This document shows positions 54,348 to 64,000 of a stretch of 64,000 nucleotides of DNA, in pieces. This DNA is from Candidatus Obscuribacteraceae bacterium. GTDB lineage: Bacteria; Cyanobacteriota; Vampirovibrionia; Obscuribacterales; Obscuribacteraceae. A model generated the notes under the pieces. That model did no database searches, was not told the DNA's origin, and saw only the letters and a list, made by a program, of their open reading frames with translations. Made by a program: the position numbers and the translations under genes. The stretch spans positions 1-64,000 of the forward strand of contig JBGASG010000012.1 of NCBI GenBank assembly GCA_044229845.1, read 5' to 3'. The first letter of the stretch is position 1, and the number at the start of each line of letters is the position of its first letter.

Positions 54348-55194
54348 GCTTTTTGTTCTCCTTCAGGAAACAGGAGCACCCAAGTATGCCCCATACGAAA
54401 ACGAACCGTTCGAGACAGTCAAAAGCGCCTGCACATTTCTCCCAACTTGCGATACCGCATGACAACTAGCCGTGGAGAAACGTTGGTTTCTACAGCCTGA
54501 GGTCAAACAGGTGCGCGGAAGCGGAAGAACGGATAGGGTGAACGGTTGGTGTTCTGGTGGCTTGGGATTCCTAACGAAGCTTGATGAAAAGCTAAAGACA
54601 ATATGAACCTACCTTTTACGTCTCTTGAAAAGCCAGATCCAGATCGTGCCCGTGCCTGACATCGCGAATTCTGTCTTTTCAGCTCATTCCAGGTGCTTCT
54701 CACATAGTCGATCTTGCGCAAGCTCATTGAAACCCGCATGGAATGAGGGGATTTTTGGGGCGTCGCAGAGAGACATCGACACTAGTCGAAGAACCAGTGC
54801 CCATCAAACATTCGGCTCGCTGACGGAAATGACCAATGGCGGGGTTAGCGCAGGCCTTTATTTCGCGAGTTTCTATTTGTTATGAAAGAGGCACCTTTTC
54901 TTGACCCACCCAAAAAAACAAGTCGTTCCTCCGAACAACAATTCTCTCTTAGTCTGTCTGCGGCTTTGAACCTGCAACTGCGCACAATGACGTGTGTGGA
55001 TGTGGACCATCTCTCTAACAGGACGTAGCTAAGCTGCGCTCTCTGTGGCCTCAGGCAATCGATAAACCAACTTGAGCTGGCGTCTCGCACATATCACCAG
55101 CTCACACTTGGCGGCAGTGCATCTCAGCAGGGCTTTCTGACTGCTGTGACACACACATTGCTGCCTCAACTCTCGCCAGAGAAGGCGTCGTGTC

Positions 55195-56016
55195 ATGACC
55201 AAATATCTGAACTTACGCCGCATTGCGGCGCGAGTTAGACTGCAGATCCGTCAGTGGCGTGCGGCTTTTGACGCTTACGCGCAGAAATGCGTGACGAGCG
55301 GCTTCATCCCGTACACCTTCTGGCCGGTCCAGCTTCTCGCAAGATTCTTGGCGAATCTTATCGTCTTCATCCAGTTGGGTCGCCTGCGCATCATCGGCGC
55401 GGAAAACCTGCGACTGCCCGGAAGATTCATCTTCTGCCCCAACCACAGCTCCATGTTCGACGCTGTCATCATGTACGCCATCATGCGGCGTAACGATGGC
55501 CCGCGTTACATGACCGCACTCGAAGAGATGCGCGGTCTCTGGGGCTTGAAGGCAATCGCGATGGGAGCCATGGGTTGCTTCCCGGTTGATCGTTCCAAGG
55601 GAAAGAGTGTCATCGAGCCGGCCATCAACATGGTGGTCAATGGTGGCTCGCTGGTCATCTTCCCCGAAGGCAAGATCAGCCCCACTGGAGAATGCCTGCC
55701 CTTCAAAATGGGCCCCGCAATCATCGGCCTCACGGCGATGGAGCGTCTCGGCGGTCTCGGCGGCACCGAAAGGGTTGCCATCGTGCCCATCAACCTCCAT
55801 TACCACAAGCGCGATGTTGCCACTGCCACTAAGTTCTTCACCGAGTGCGGTTTGAAGTGGCGTGGGGGCGTGACGGTCACCGTCGGTGAACCGATCTACC
55901 TCAACGACCTCAACACCACACATCCCGAAGACGTGATGGCGGTTGCGCACCGTTTCGTTTGCCGTGCCCAGGCCCGTGCCAACGCGATGGGGTGCCCGTG
56001 TGATGGGAATCGATAA
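55195..56016 (+). CDS. Lysophospholipid acyltransferase (PlsC-like)
   Basis: NHSSMFD (HX4D), FPVDR, IFPEG, PFKMG, IVPI, VGEPI. Confidence 0.9.
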   Translation: MTKYLNLRRIAARVRLQIRQWRAAFDAYAQKCVTSGFIPYTFWPVQLLARFLANLIVFIQLGRLRIIGAENLRLPGRFIFCPNHSSMFDAVIMYAIMRRNDGPRYMTALEEMRGLWGLKAIAMGAMGCFPVDRSKGKSVIEPAINMVVNGGSLVIFPEGKISPTGECLPFKMGPAIIGLTAMERLGGLGGTERVAIVPINLHYHKRDVATATKFFTECGLKWRGGVTVTVGEPIYLNDLNTTHPEDVMAVAHRFVCRAQARANAMGCPCDGNR

Positions 56017-56594
56017 CCTTCGCCAGACTACGCGAAGCATCTGCTCCGTGCAGTGTTCTCGCATCCACCTGGAGAATCAGCCGTTCCTCGAATCCTCGAG
56101 GATTCTGCGTCTCCTCAACCGCAGGACTACACATCCTGTGCAATGCAGGACTTTGCTTTCCGCTCAGCTCAGGACCTTGAGTCCGGTGCTCCGCAGAAAA
56201 CGTCGCCCTGTTAACTATGGGACTGAGTGTCCCGGTCCGCCACCAATACGACAGGGTAGGGGTATGGATTCACACTGGCGGCCTGGTAGCGGGTGGTGTT
56301 CATGAGTGCAGCAATGCTGTATCCATGGGCGCCCCCGCTACTGGCCGCTGTTGTGAGGACGTGCTCTTACCCCGTCGGTGGACCTTCCCCCCGACTCACC
56401 CCCCCACCCCAATTTTTAAAAACCTGTTCTACTATTTTTTTTAGTATTCTATTGCGTCAGTTCTGACGCAGAAGGAGCCAATTTTGCTTGCCAACCCACG
56501 TACGCAGGCAAACTGACAAGCAAAATCGACGCTGGCTGCATCAAAACTGACGCAACCAGCTTTCGCTTTCGCGTTCGCGGTTCGACTCCCCCGG

Positions 56595-57719
56595 TTAGCC
56601 GGAGTTGGCGTTTTTCGCGCGTCGGCGATTGTCCATCGCGACTCGTTTCCAACGCTTGCGCTCCTCTACCGCCAGCCGCTGATCGGTTTTGCGCTGGTTG
56701 TATGCTAGCTCGCGACTCAGTTGCCGGTACGTCTCGAAGTCGCTCTCGCTGAGCGCCCCACTTTGCAGCGCCTCCAGCACGGCGCATCCGGGTTCGCTGG
56801 TGTGGATGCAGTCGATGAAACGACAAGACTCCGCTAGCTCCGAAACAGTTGGCATCAGCGAGTCCAGCGTTTCCTCATCGCAGATCAGTCCGACCTGGCG
56901 CAGCCCGGCCGTGTCGATGATCATGCCTCCGCCATCCGGCACGAAGAACAGTTCGCTCCCCGATGTCGTATGGCGACCGCGTTGATCGACCCCCCGAATG
57001 TCGCCGGTTTTCTGCACATCGGCATCAAGCAGCGCGTTCACGAGAGTCGATTTGCCGACTCCGGACGACCCCAGAAAGACAGCTGTCTTTCCCGCCGGCA
57101 GCATGCTGCGAATCTCGCCCAGTCCCCGACCGGACACAGTGCTGGCGAAGATGCGACGCACTTCTGGAAAAGTCGCCTCGACATCATTCAGCGCCGCGCT
57201 CAACTCGGCATAGTCGTCGCTGTCCACATCGCACGCGTCGAACAGGTCCATCTTCGAAAAGACGAACACCAACTCGACTCCGCCCTGCATCGCCAGCAAA
57301 ACATAACGGCGCAGCCGGTTGACGTTGAGATCGCGGTTGACTGAAGTGACCACGAACATCACGTCAACGTTGGCGGCCAACGTCTGGTGATCGCTGGTTA
57401 ATCCGGCTGCTGCGCGCGTTATGAAAGTGCGGCGAGGGAGCACAGTTTCGATGACAGCAGCAGCTTCGTTGCTTTCGTCCACGAAACGCTCACCCATCAC
57501 ACACCAATCGCCGACAACGACGTCTAGCGGCGCCTCCGAGTAACCATGCCGCAGCCGGGCAGGCAGGTACAGATTGACCCGCTCGCCGCCCACAGCCGTC
57601 AGCGCCGGTGCAGTTTGCCTGTGTCGCGCCACGACTCTGCATAAGTTTTTCAATTCGTACTGTTGTTGATCCAGAGCTGATGCCCATTCCGAGGGCCAGC
57701 CCAAAGCAAAATGATCCAC
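56595..57719 (-). CDS. rsgA: Ribosome small subunit-dependent GTPase A (RsgA/YjeQ family; long type)
   Basis: VVGDW, AANVD, SKMDL, LGSSGVGKSTL, RGRHTT, IDTAGLR, CRFIDCIHTSEPGC zinc finger; AAGGAG RBS. Confidence 0.93.
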   Translation of the reverse strand: MDHFALGWPSEWASALDQQQYELKNLCRVVARHRQTAPALTAVGGERVNLYLPARLRHGYSEAPLDVVVGDWCVMGERFVDESNEAAAVIETVLPRRTFITRAAAGLTSDHQTLAANVDVMFVVTSVNRDLNVNRLRRYVLLAMQGGVELVFVFSKMDLFDACDVDSDDYAELSAALNDVEATFPEVRRIFASTVSGRGLGEIRSMLPAGKTAVFLGSSGVGKSTLVNALLDADVQKTGDIRGVDQRGRHTTSGSELFFVPDGGGMIIDTAGLRQVGLICDEETLDSLMPTVSELAESCRFIDCIHTSEPGCAVLEALQSGALSESDFETYRQLSRELAYNQRKTDQRLAVEERKRWKRVAMDNRRRAKNANSG

Positions 57720-57797
57720 TCTGACACTCCTTCAAGTGACATCGCTTTCAAATATTTAGCGTTAAAGAGTGGTCGACGAGGAAGCCGCGCTCAAGCG

Positions 57798-57848
57798 TCA
57801 GCTGCGGGTGCGCACGAAGACCACTGCCATTACTTTTTCATTTTTCAT
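57798..57848 (-). promoter_or_regulatory. Leader peptide ORF MKNEKVMAVVFVRTRS upstream of rsgA
   Basis: AAGGAGG RBS, ATG at 57848, TGA at 57800-57798; 78 nt before the rsgA start. Confidence 0.72.
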
Positions 57849-57930
57849 GGTGGCCTCCTTCCATTAATGCGGCACATTCTCTGCGCCGCGATTTGTCGTA
57901 AGCGAGCATTGTAACCCATTTTGCAATTGC

Positions 57931-57939
57931 TGCTATACT
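57931..57939 (+). promoter_or_regulatory. Extended -10 element (TGnTATACT) for the ABC-F leader
   Basis: TGCTATACT at 57931-57939, with TTGTAA at 57909-57914. Confidence 0.45.
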
Positions 57940-57989
57940 CGTTCTGCTGTGCGCAGCAAAAAAAGTTTGCACCATAAGGATTTTCATTA

Positions 57990-58061
57990 ATGATCGACAT
58001 GACACAAGGCTAAATCGGCTCAGGCATTAACTCCTGAGCGTTTCTCTTCCTGCTCATGGAG
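57990..58061 (+). promoter_or_regulatory. Leader ORF MIDMTQG (57990-58013) plus alternative hairpins overlapping the ABC-F RBS
   Basis: TAAGGA RBS 9 nt before the ATG; GCTCAGG/CCTGAGC (58018-58039) competes with CTCCTGAGC/GCTCATGGAG (58031-58061). Confidence 0.68.
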
Positions 58062-58068
58062 GTAGCTT

Positions 58069-59718
58069 ATGCTGCGTGTCATAGATCTGCGTAAAGACTA
58101 CGGCGATCGAATATTGTTCGAGGGCGCCGCTTTCAGCGTTTCCCCCGGCGAAAAAATCGGTATCGTCGGTCCCAACGGCTGCGGAAAAACAACGCTCCTG
58201 AAAATGATCCAGAACGCCGCAACAATCGATGGCGGCGTCGTTTCGTTCGTCGGCAATCCTAGCGTTGCGTTTCTTCCACAACACATACTCGACTTCGGCG
58301 GCGAAACCACTGTCGGCGACCTGCTGTCCCCGGCGTTCGTCCGAGCATCGGCTCAGTTGTCTTTGATCGAGAAGAAACTGCAACACGACGCCGCCGACGA
58401 AGTCGCCATGGCGGCTTACAATCGCGCGTACGAGACATTCGAAGCCGCCGGCGGATACGCATTCGCGGGCAAACTCGATGCTTTGATGCGCGACCTGGGC
58501 TTGTCCGCGGCGATTGACCTGTCGCGAAACCTGGCCACTTTGAGCGGCGGACAACTGACGAAACTGGCGCTTGCCCGCGTTCTGCTTCAAGACGCGGACC
58601 TCCTGCTGCTGGATGAACCGACCAACAACCTGGACTTAGCTTCACTGCAGTGGCTGGAAAAATCGCTTGCGGCCTGCCCTTCGGCGTGCCTGATCGTTTC
58701 CCACGACCGACACTTCCTCGATCAGATCACCACACGCACACTGGTTATCGACCCGCAAACCGCGACTGTGGCTGATTACGGCGGCAACTACTCCTTTTAC
58801 AGGATGCGGCGGCAACAAGACGTCGAACGCCAGTGGCGCGAATTCGAAGTGCAGCAGCGCAAGATTCGTCGCCTCACCGAGGATGTGCGCGCGGTCAAAC
58901 AACAAGCTGAGGCTACCGAAAACACGACCGTCAACGACTACTTGCGCGGGCGTTCGAAGAAAGTCGCGGCTAAAGCGAAGGCACGAGAGAATCGTCTCAA
59001 TCGCATCATCGAACAGGAGAAGATCGAGAAGCCACGCGACCCCGAACAAATGCACATGCGGTTGCGTTTGCACGGGCGCCGACAATATGATTCGCCGCTG
59101 CTCGTGGCGCGGGACATCGATTTCACATACGAGCAGCCCATTTTGACTAAAGCCAGTTTCGAAATCGTGGGATCGGCGCGCATACTGCTTTCCGGCGACA
59201 ACGGTTGCGGCAAATCCACGCTCCTCAAAATAATCACGGGCGAGCTCGCACCAGCGTCCGGTTTCCTGACCCGCAAGCCGACTGCCAAAATCTGCTACCT
59301 GCCGCAACAACAAGAAACACTAGACGCCGGCGACGGCACGCAGAACGCGCTGGAGTTTCTGCGCGCCCAAGCCGGCACCCGCAAATGGGCATCCGACGCC
59401 GAGCTGCGCACGTTTCTTCACCGGTTTCAGTTCGGCGGCGAGCAGGTGTTTGAGCCAGTGAGAAACCTCAGTCGCGGCGAACGCACCAAACTAATGCTGG
59501 CAGCATTCATGGCCCTGGAGCCCGATTTACTGATCATGGATGAACCGACAAACCACCTCGACCTGTCCACTGCAGAATTGCTGGAGGAGGCACTGGATCA
59601 GTTTCAGGGCGCTCTGCTGGTCGTCAGTCACGATCGCTATTTCATCGAGAGAATTGCGCCGCACTACATATGGTGCCTGGCGCAAGCACAGCTGGTGCCC
59701 ACAGTCACATGGAGGTAA
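58069..59718 (+). CDS. ABC-F family ATPase (ribosome-associated; possible antibiotic-resistance type)
   Basis: Two ABC domains (GPNGCGKTT, LSGGQ, LLLDEPTNNLD, VSHDR; GDNGCGKST, LSRGE, DEPTNHLD, VSHDR), no TMs, long interdomain linker. Confidence 0.95.
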   Translation: MLRVIDLRKDYGDRILFEGAAFSVSPGEKIGIVGPNGCGKTTLLKMIQNAATIDGGVVSFVGNPSVAFLPQHILDFGGETTVGDLLSPAFVRASAQLSLIEKKLQHDAADEVAMAAYNRAYETFEAAGGYAFAGKLDALMRDLGLSAAIDLSRNLATLSGGQLTKLALARVLLQDADLLLLDEPTNNLDLASLQWLEKSLAACPSACLIVSHDRHFLDQITTRTLVIDPQTATVADYGGNYSFYRMRRQQDVERQWREFEVQQRKIRRLTEDVRAVKQQAEATENTTVNDYLRGRSKKVAAKAKARENRLNRIIEQEKIEKPRDPEQMHMRLRLHGRRQYDSPLLVARDIDFTYEQPILTKASFEIVGSARILLSGDNGCGKSTLLKIITGELAPASGFLTRKPTAKICYLPQQQETLDAGDGTQNALEFLRAQAGTRKWASDAELRTFLHRFQFGGEQVFEPVRNLSRGERTKLMLAAFMALEPDLLIMDEPTNHLDLSTAELLEEALDQFQGALLVVSHDRYFIERIAPHYIWCLAQAQLVPTVTWR

Positions 59719-59835
59719 CCAGGTAACCGTCTGCAGAAAACCGCGCGATCACATTCAGTACGAATTCGACAAATCTTTTGGATAGCTCGCTAAAGTAGTG
59801 AGTTCAATTCGAACGCGCAATCAGCGGGGTGAACC

Positions 59836-60864
59836 ATGGAATACAGACAGTTTGGCAATTCGGGATTGAAAGTGCCGGTGCTCAGTTTCGGCGCCGGAAC
59901 GTTCGGCGGCGGCAACGATTTTTTCAAAGCCTGGGGCGCCACAGATGATGTCAACGCAGCCAAGCGCATGGTGGACATTTGTCTTGATGCCGGCATCAAC
60001 TTCTTCGATACTGCCGACATCTATTCCATCGGCACATCCGAAGAAATCCTCGGCAAAGCCATCGGCAAACGCCGCGACAAGTGCCTGATTTCGACGAAAG
60101 CCACCTTCAAGATGAGCGATGATCCCAACGACATCGGCTCCTCGCGTTTCCACCTTATCAAGTCCTGCGATGCCAGCTTGAAGCGCCTGGGCACTGACTA
60201 CATCGACGTTTATTTCATGCACGGCTTCGACGCCCTGACGCCCGTTGACGAAGTGGTCAGCACACTCGACGGACTGGTCAAATCGGGCAAGGTGCGCTAC
60301 ATCGGCTGCTCCAACTTCTCAGGTTGGCACCTGATGAAGTCGCTGGATGTCGCCGAGCGCTACGGCTGGTCGCGTTATGTGTCGCATCAGGCGTACTACT
60401 CTTTGATAGGCAGAGAATACGAGTGGGAGTTGATGCCGCTGGCACTTGATCAGAAAGTCGCCACCATGGTCTGGAGCCCGCTTGGCTGGGGTCGCCTGAC
60501 CGGTAAAATCCGCCGCGGACAGCCGCTGCCCAAAGACAGCCGCCTGCACGGCACCGCCGACTACGGCCCGCCCGTCGACGACGAGTACCTGTACCGCGTT
60601 GTAGACGCTCTCGACGAAATCGCCAAGGAAACCGGCAAGTCGGTGGCGCAAATTTCGCTCAACTGGCTTCTGCAGCGCCCGACCGTGGCTAACATCATTG
60701 TCGGAGCAAGAAACGAAGAACAGCTGAAACAGAACCTGGGCGCCATCGGTTGGAATCTGAGCGCAGAGCAAATCGCCAAACTGGACGAAGCCAGCGCCAT
60801 AACGCCGGCTTATCCTTACTGGCACCAGCACCAGTTCAAAGAGCGCAATCCGTTGCCGGTTTGA
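59836..60864 (+). CDS. Aldo/keto reductase
   Basis: GINFFDTADIY, STK, SLKRLGTDYID, GKVRYIGCSN, WSPLGWG, IVGAR. Confidence 0.95.
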   Translation: MEYRQFGNSGLKVPVLSFGAGTFGGGNDFFKAWGATDDVNAAKRMVDICLDAGINFFDTADIYSIGTSEEILGKAIGKRRDKCLISTKATFKMSDDPNDIGSSRFHLIKSCDASLKRLGTDYIDVYFMHGFDALTPVDEVVSTLDGLVKSGKVRYIGCSNFSGWHLMKSLDVAERYGWSRYVSHQAYYSLIGREYEWELMPLALDQKVATMVWSPLGWGRLTGKIRRGQPLPKDSRLHGTADYGPPVDDEYLYRVVDALDEIAKETGKSVAQISLNWLLQRPTVANIIVGARNEEQLKQNLGAIGWNLSAEQIAKLDEASAITPAYPYWHQHQFKERNPLPV

Positions 60865-60954
60865 TGAAGAAACGGCAGAGTCCTGCCTCTGCCTGACAGC
60901 GCAACCGGTGCTAAGCGGATAGAATGAGACCTCTACAAAAGGAGAGGTCGATCA

Positions 60955-61644
60955 ATGCCGCCCCGGCTCAGAAACGGAATTCCAGTCGCGCTGCTGGCAC
61001 TCTTGACAGTCGGTGCCGCGTGCGAACCAGCCGTCGCGGCTGACACGAAGGCGCCCGCCAAGGCTGCCGTTCCGGCGGCGGCGAAACCTGTGGACGCCAA
61101 GGCTGGCGCAGCTCCGGCGGCGGCACCGGCGACGAAGCCTCATACCCCCAGCCCGATCGACAAGACGTTTCTTCAATTGGCAGATTTTCCCGCCGGCTAT
61201 AAGCTCGTGGAAGAACACTACGGCAGCCTGGGCGACCAGCCCAAAGCGTTTACAGCCAATAAGGGCGTTGAATCGGGCATCAAGGTCTACGAAGGTCCGC
61301 TAGAAGCACCACTCAACAGAATCGTCGACATTCGTTGGACTTTTCCAACCGACAAGCAGGCCAAGCAGTTTCTCCAGGATTGCGGCAAACAGCTAGGCGA
61401 AGGCGCAGATGAGGCGACCGCCTGGGCAAAGCCGCGCGGTTCGGAAGGCAGAATATTTGGTGGCGCAAACCCGCTGATGTTGCGCAAGAAAGCACTGATC
61501 TATCACTGGTACTACATCTTTCGAGAAGGTCGCGTGGTTGTGAAGCTGTACGGCTCGGAGGGGCTAATCTCCAAACGGCACCCGCACCCCGACGATATGA
61601 TTCCCTTCGCAGAAGCCGCAATCAAGCGGTGCAAAGGCTTTTGA
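60955..61644 (+). CDS. Hypothetical exported protein
   Basis: Signal peptide, Ala/Pro linker, globular C-terminus; AGGAGAGG RBS. Confidence 0.75.
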   Translation: MPPRLRNGIPVALLALLTVGAACEPAVAADTKAPAKAAVPAAAKPVDAKAGAAPAAAPATKPHTPSPIDKTFLQLADFPAGYKLVEEHYGSLGDQPKAFTANKGVESGIKVYEGPLEAPLNRIVDIRWTFPTDKQAKQFLQDCGKQLGEGADEATAWAKPRGSEGRIFGGANPLMLRKKALIYHWYYIFREGRVVVKLYGSEGLISKRHPHPDDMIPFAEAAIKRCKGF

Positions 61645-61653
61645 CGTATCTAT

Positions 61654-62850
61654 ATGAATCCGCACCTCGCTCAGTTGCAGCCCTATCCGTTTGAAAAACT
61701 GGCTCGCCTTAAAGAAGGCGTGCAGCCACCTGCCGACTTGCCATCCGTCCTCCTCTCAGTCGGCGAGCCGAAACACGAAACTCCAGAATTCATCAAAGAA
61801 ACGCTTGCCTCATCACTCAGCGGCTTATCGAACTATCCGCTGACGGTCGGTTCCGTCGAACTCCGGGAGGCAATTGCCAAATGGCTGACAGTGCGCTTCT
61901 CACTCACATACGTTGATGCAGAGACAAACATTTTGCCGGTCAACGGCACGAGAGAGGCGCTTTTCGCGTTTGCTCAGTGTCTGGTGGAACCAGGTCCAGA
62001 TGCGCTCGTTGCCATGCCCAATCCCTTCTATCAGATTTATGAGGGTGCGGTGTTGCTGGCCGGCGCCCAGCCATATTTTGTCAACGCCTCGCCCAAGACG
62101 GGCTATTTGCCGGACTTTGATGCGGTTCCGGTTGAAATCTGGAAACGCTGTCAGATGGTATACATCTGCAGTCCATATAATCCGACCGGTGCGGTAATGA
62201 GCACGGAACAGCTTCAGAGGCTGATTTTGCTTGCCGACAAACACAATTTCGTGATTGCTTCCGATGAGTGTTATTCGGAAATTTATTTCGATGTCGCTCC
62301 GCCCGGTCTTCTAGAAGTCGCTGCCGGTCTCGGTCGCCACGATTACAAAAACTGTGTCGTCTTCCACAGCCTGTCGAAACGATCAAATGTGCCCGGCATG
62401 CGTTCGGGTTTCGTCGCCGGCGATGCGCAGCTGCTCGACAAATTTCGTCTCTATAGAACCTATCACGGATGCGCGATGTCGCCGCCGGTGCAGGCAGCCA
62501 GTGCGAAAGCCTGGTCCGACGAAAAGCACGTGGAAGAAAATCGGCGCCTCTACAAAGAAAAATTTGATGCGGTACTGGCGATTCTACAGCCGATCATGGA
62601 AGTAGAACGCCCAGCCGGTGCCTTCTATCTCTGGCCGAAAACACCGGGCGACGATGCCGATTTCACTCGCGATCTGTTTGCCCAGACCAACATCACCGTT
62701 CTCCCTGGTTCTTACCTCTCGCGGTCGGCGCACGGTGCCAACCCCGGACAGGGACGAATCAGGATGGCGCTGGTTGCCCCGTACGACCAGTGCGTCGCAG
62801 CTGCCCAGCGCATGGCAGCGTTTCTCAGCAAAGTGAAGGAGACTGTATGA
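61654..62850 (+). CDS. dapC: Succinyldiaminopimelate transaminase DapC
   Basis: [70 protein letters not shown]; adjacent to dapD/dapE. Confidence 0.94.
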   Translation: MNPHLAQLQPYPFEKLARLKEGVQPPADLPSVLLSVGEPKHETPEFIKETLASSLSGLSNYPLTVGSVELREAIAKWLTVRFSLTYVDAETNILPVNGTREALFAFAQCLVEPGPDALVAMPNPFYQIYEGAVLLAGAQPYFVNASPKTGYLPDFDAVPVEIWKRCQMVYICSPYNPTGAVMSTEQLQRLILLADKHNFVIASDECYSEIYFDVAPPGLLEVAAGLGRHDYKNCVVFHSLSKRSNVPGMRSGFVAGDAQLLDKFRLYRTYHGCAMSPPVQAASAKAWSDEKHVEENRRLYKEKFDAVLAILQPIMEVERPAGAFYLWPKTPGDDADFTRDLFAQTNITVLPGSYLSRSAHGANPGQGRIRMALVAPYDQCVAAAQRMAAFLSKVKETV

Positions 62851-63680
62851 CACAGACCGCCGAGCGTCTGCGCGACTTAATCGAGGCTTCATTCGAGAAG
62901 CGCGCCGATATCACGCCACTGTCAGCCGGTAAAGAGCTGAAGCAAGCCGTGGATGAAACCATCGACGGGCTCGACAACGGTTCATTGCGCGTGGCAGAAA
63001 AGCAGGGCAACGAGTGGGTGGTCAACGAATGGGTGAAGAAAGCGGTGCTGCTCTCTTTTCGCATCTACGACAACCGCATCATGCCGGGCGGTTATACAGA
63101 GTACTGGGACAAAGTGCCGGCCAAATACGCCGGTTACAGCGAAGCCATGTTCCGGGCCGGCGGGGCGCGCATAGTGCCACCGGCAGCGGTGCGCCGCGGT
63201 TCGTACGTGGCGCCTGATGTGATCGTCATGCCTTCCTTCATAAATATCGGTGCCTACGTGGACACCGGCACCATGGTCGATACGTGGGCTACGGTAGGCT
63301 CGTGCGCTCAGGTCGGCAAGAACGTTCACCTCTCCGGCGGCGCGGGAATCGGCGGAGTCCTGGAACCGCTGCAGGCCAAACCGACCATCATCGAAGACAA
63401 CTGTTTCATCGGAGCCCGCTCCGAGATTGTCGAAGGCGTGATTGTAGAGACCGGCTCGGTCATCTCTATGGGCGTTTTCATCGGGCAGAGCACGCGCATT
63501 TACAATCGCATGACGGGCGAAGTCACGTACGGACGCATTCCGGCGGGCTCCGTGGTGGTCTCCGGCAACCTGCCCTCGGAAGACGGCAAATACAGCTTGT
63601 ATTGCGCCGTTATCGTCAAGCAAGTAGACGAGAAAACACGCGGCAAGGTGAGCTTGAACGAGCTGCTGCGCGATATATGA
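62847..63680 (+). CDS. dapD: Tetrahydrodipicolinate N-succinyltransferase DapD
   Basis: [51 protein letters not shown]. Confidence 0.97.
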   Translation: MTQTAERLRDLIEASFEKRADITPLSAGKELKQAVDETIDGLDNGSLRVAEKQGNEWVVNEWVKKAVLLSFRIYDNRIMPGGYTEYWDKVPAKYAGYSEAMFRAGGARIVPPAAVRRGSYVAPDVIVMPSFINIGAYVDTGTMVDTWATVGSCAQVGKNVHLSGGAGIGGVLEPLQAKPTIIEDNCFIGARSEIVEGVIVETGSVISMGVFIGQSTRIYNRMTGEVTYGRIPAGSVVVSGNLPSEDGKYSLYCAVIVKQVDEKTRGKVSLNELLRDI

Positions 63681-64000
63681 GTTCCACGCCTTCTACGACT
63701 TCCACAACCTCCTCGCCGACCGCTCGGCTGGCAGTAGCGCTGATTGAGAAACAGTCGGTGACGCCGGAAGATGCCGGCTGCCAGTCCTTGATTGCCGAGC
63801 GTTTGCAGCAGGTCGGGTTTCGCATCGAGCACATAGACCTCGCCGATACGAAAAACCTGTGGGCAACGCACGGCGAGGGTGCACCGCTGATGGTGCTGGT
63901 CGGGCACACCGATGTGGTGCCTACCGGTCCCACCAATCTCTGGGGAACGCCGCCATTCGAGCCGACTGTGCGCGACGGCGTCCTCTACGGACGTGGCGCC
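63677..64000 (+). CDS. dapE: Succinyl-diaminopimelate desuccinylase DapE, N-terminal part (runs off window end)
   Basis: Manual translation: ...[10 protein letters not shown]...NLWATHG...[10 protein letters not shown]...WGTPPFEP...LYGRGA; ATGA overlap with dapD. Confidence 0.95.
   Translation, partial: MSSTPSTTSTTSSPTARLAVALIEKQSVTPEDAGCQSLIAERLQQVGFRIEHIDLADTKNLWATHGEGAPLMVLVGHTDVVPTGPTNLWGTPPFEPTVRDGVLYGRGA

Noticed and set aside
55213..56064. 283 aa minus-strand ORF
   Set aside because: Antisense shadow of the acyltransferase.
56579..56589. tRNA/tmRNA T-loop-like GGTTCGACTCC
   Set aside because: No acceptor stem, D-arm, anticodon arm or CCA could be built around it; no integrase nearby.

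Overview
A 64 kb, GC-rich bacterial chromosomal window. Gene content (cyanobacterium-like mnmG/pyrB/pyrC, a Hanks-type kinase, giant proteins with a C-terminal LysM-like module) suggests a non-photosynthetic cyanobacterial relative (Melainabacteria/Obscuribacterales-like); this is inference only. It holds intact housekeeping genes (moaD-moaE-moaA-moeA, mnmG, murF, pyrB-pyrC, clcA, pepA, M24 peptidase, rsgA-like, dapC-dapD-dapE) mixed with accessory genes, several of them damaged. I found no rRNA, complete tRNA, transposase, integrase or CRISPR-Cas. The most notable items are: (1) an exported TPR-thioredoxin split by an in-frame TGA exactly at the first Cys of the redox motif (W-U-K-Y-C), with hairpins just 3' of the UGA, i.e. 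a candidate selenoprotein or UGA-recoded protein; (2) a divergent rsgA-like GTPase / ABC-F pair, each with its own short leader ORF and RBS-sequestering alternative structures (candidate antibiotic-sensing attenuation module); (3) a structured ~100 nt terminator-ending RNA directly upstream of a decayed NYN nuclease gene; (4) a 7-unit palindromic ~58 bp array upstream of an orphan AbiEi/DUF6088-like gene; (5) a ~300 nt strand-skewed, GGA-rich non-coding tract. All family assignments come from motif recognition by eye, not database searches.
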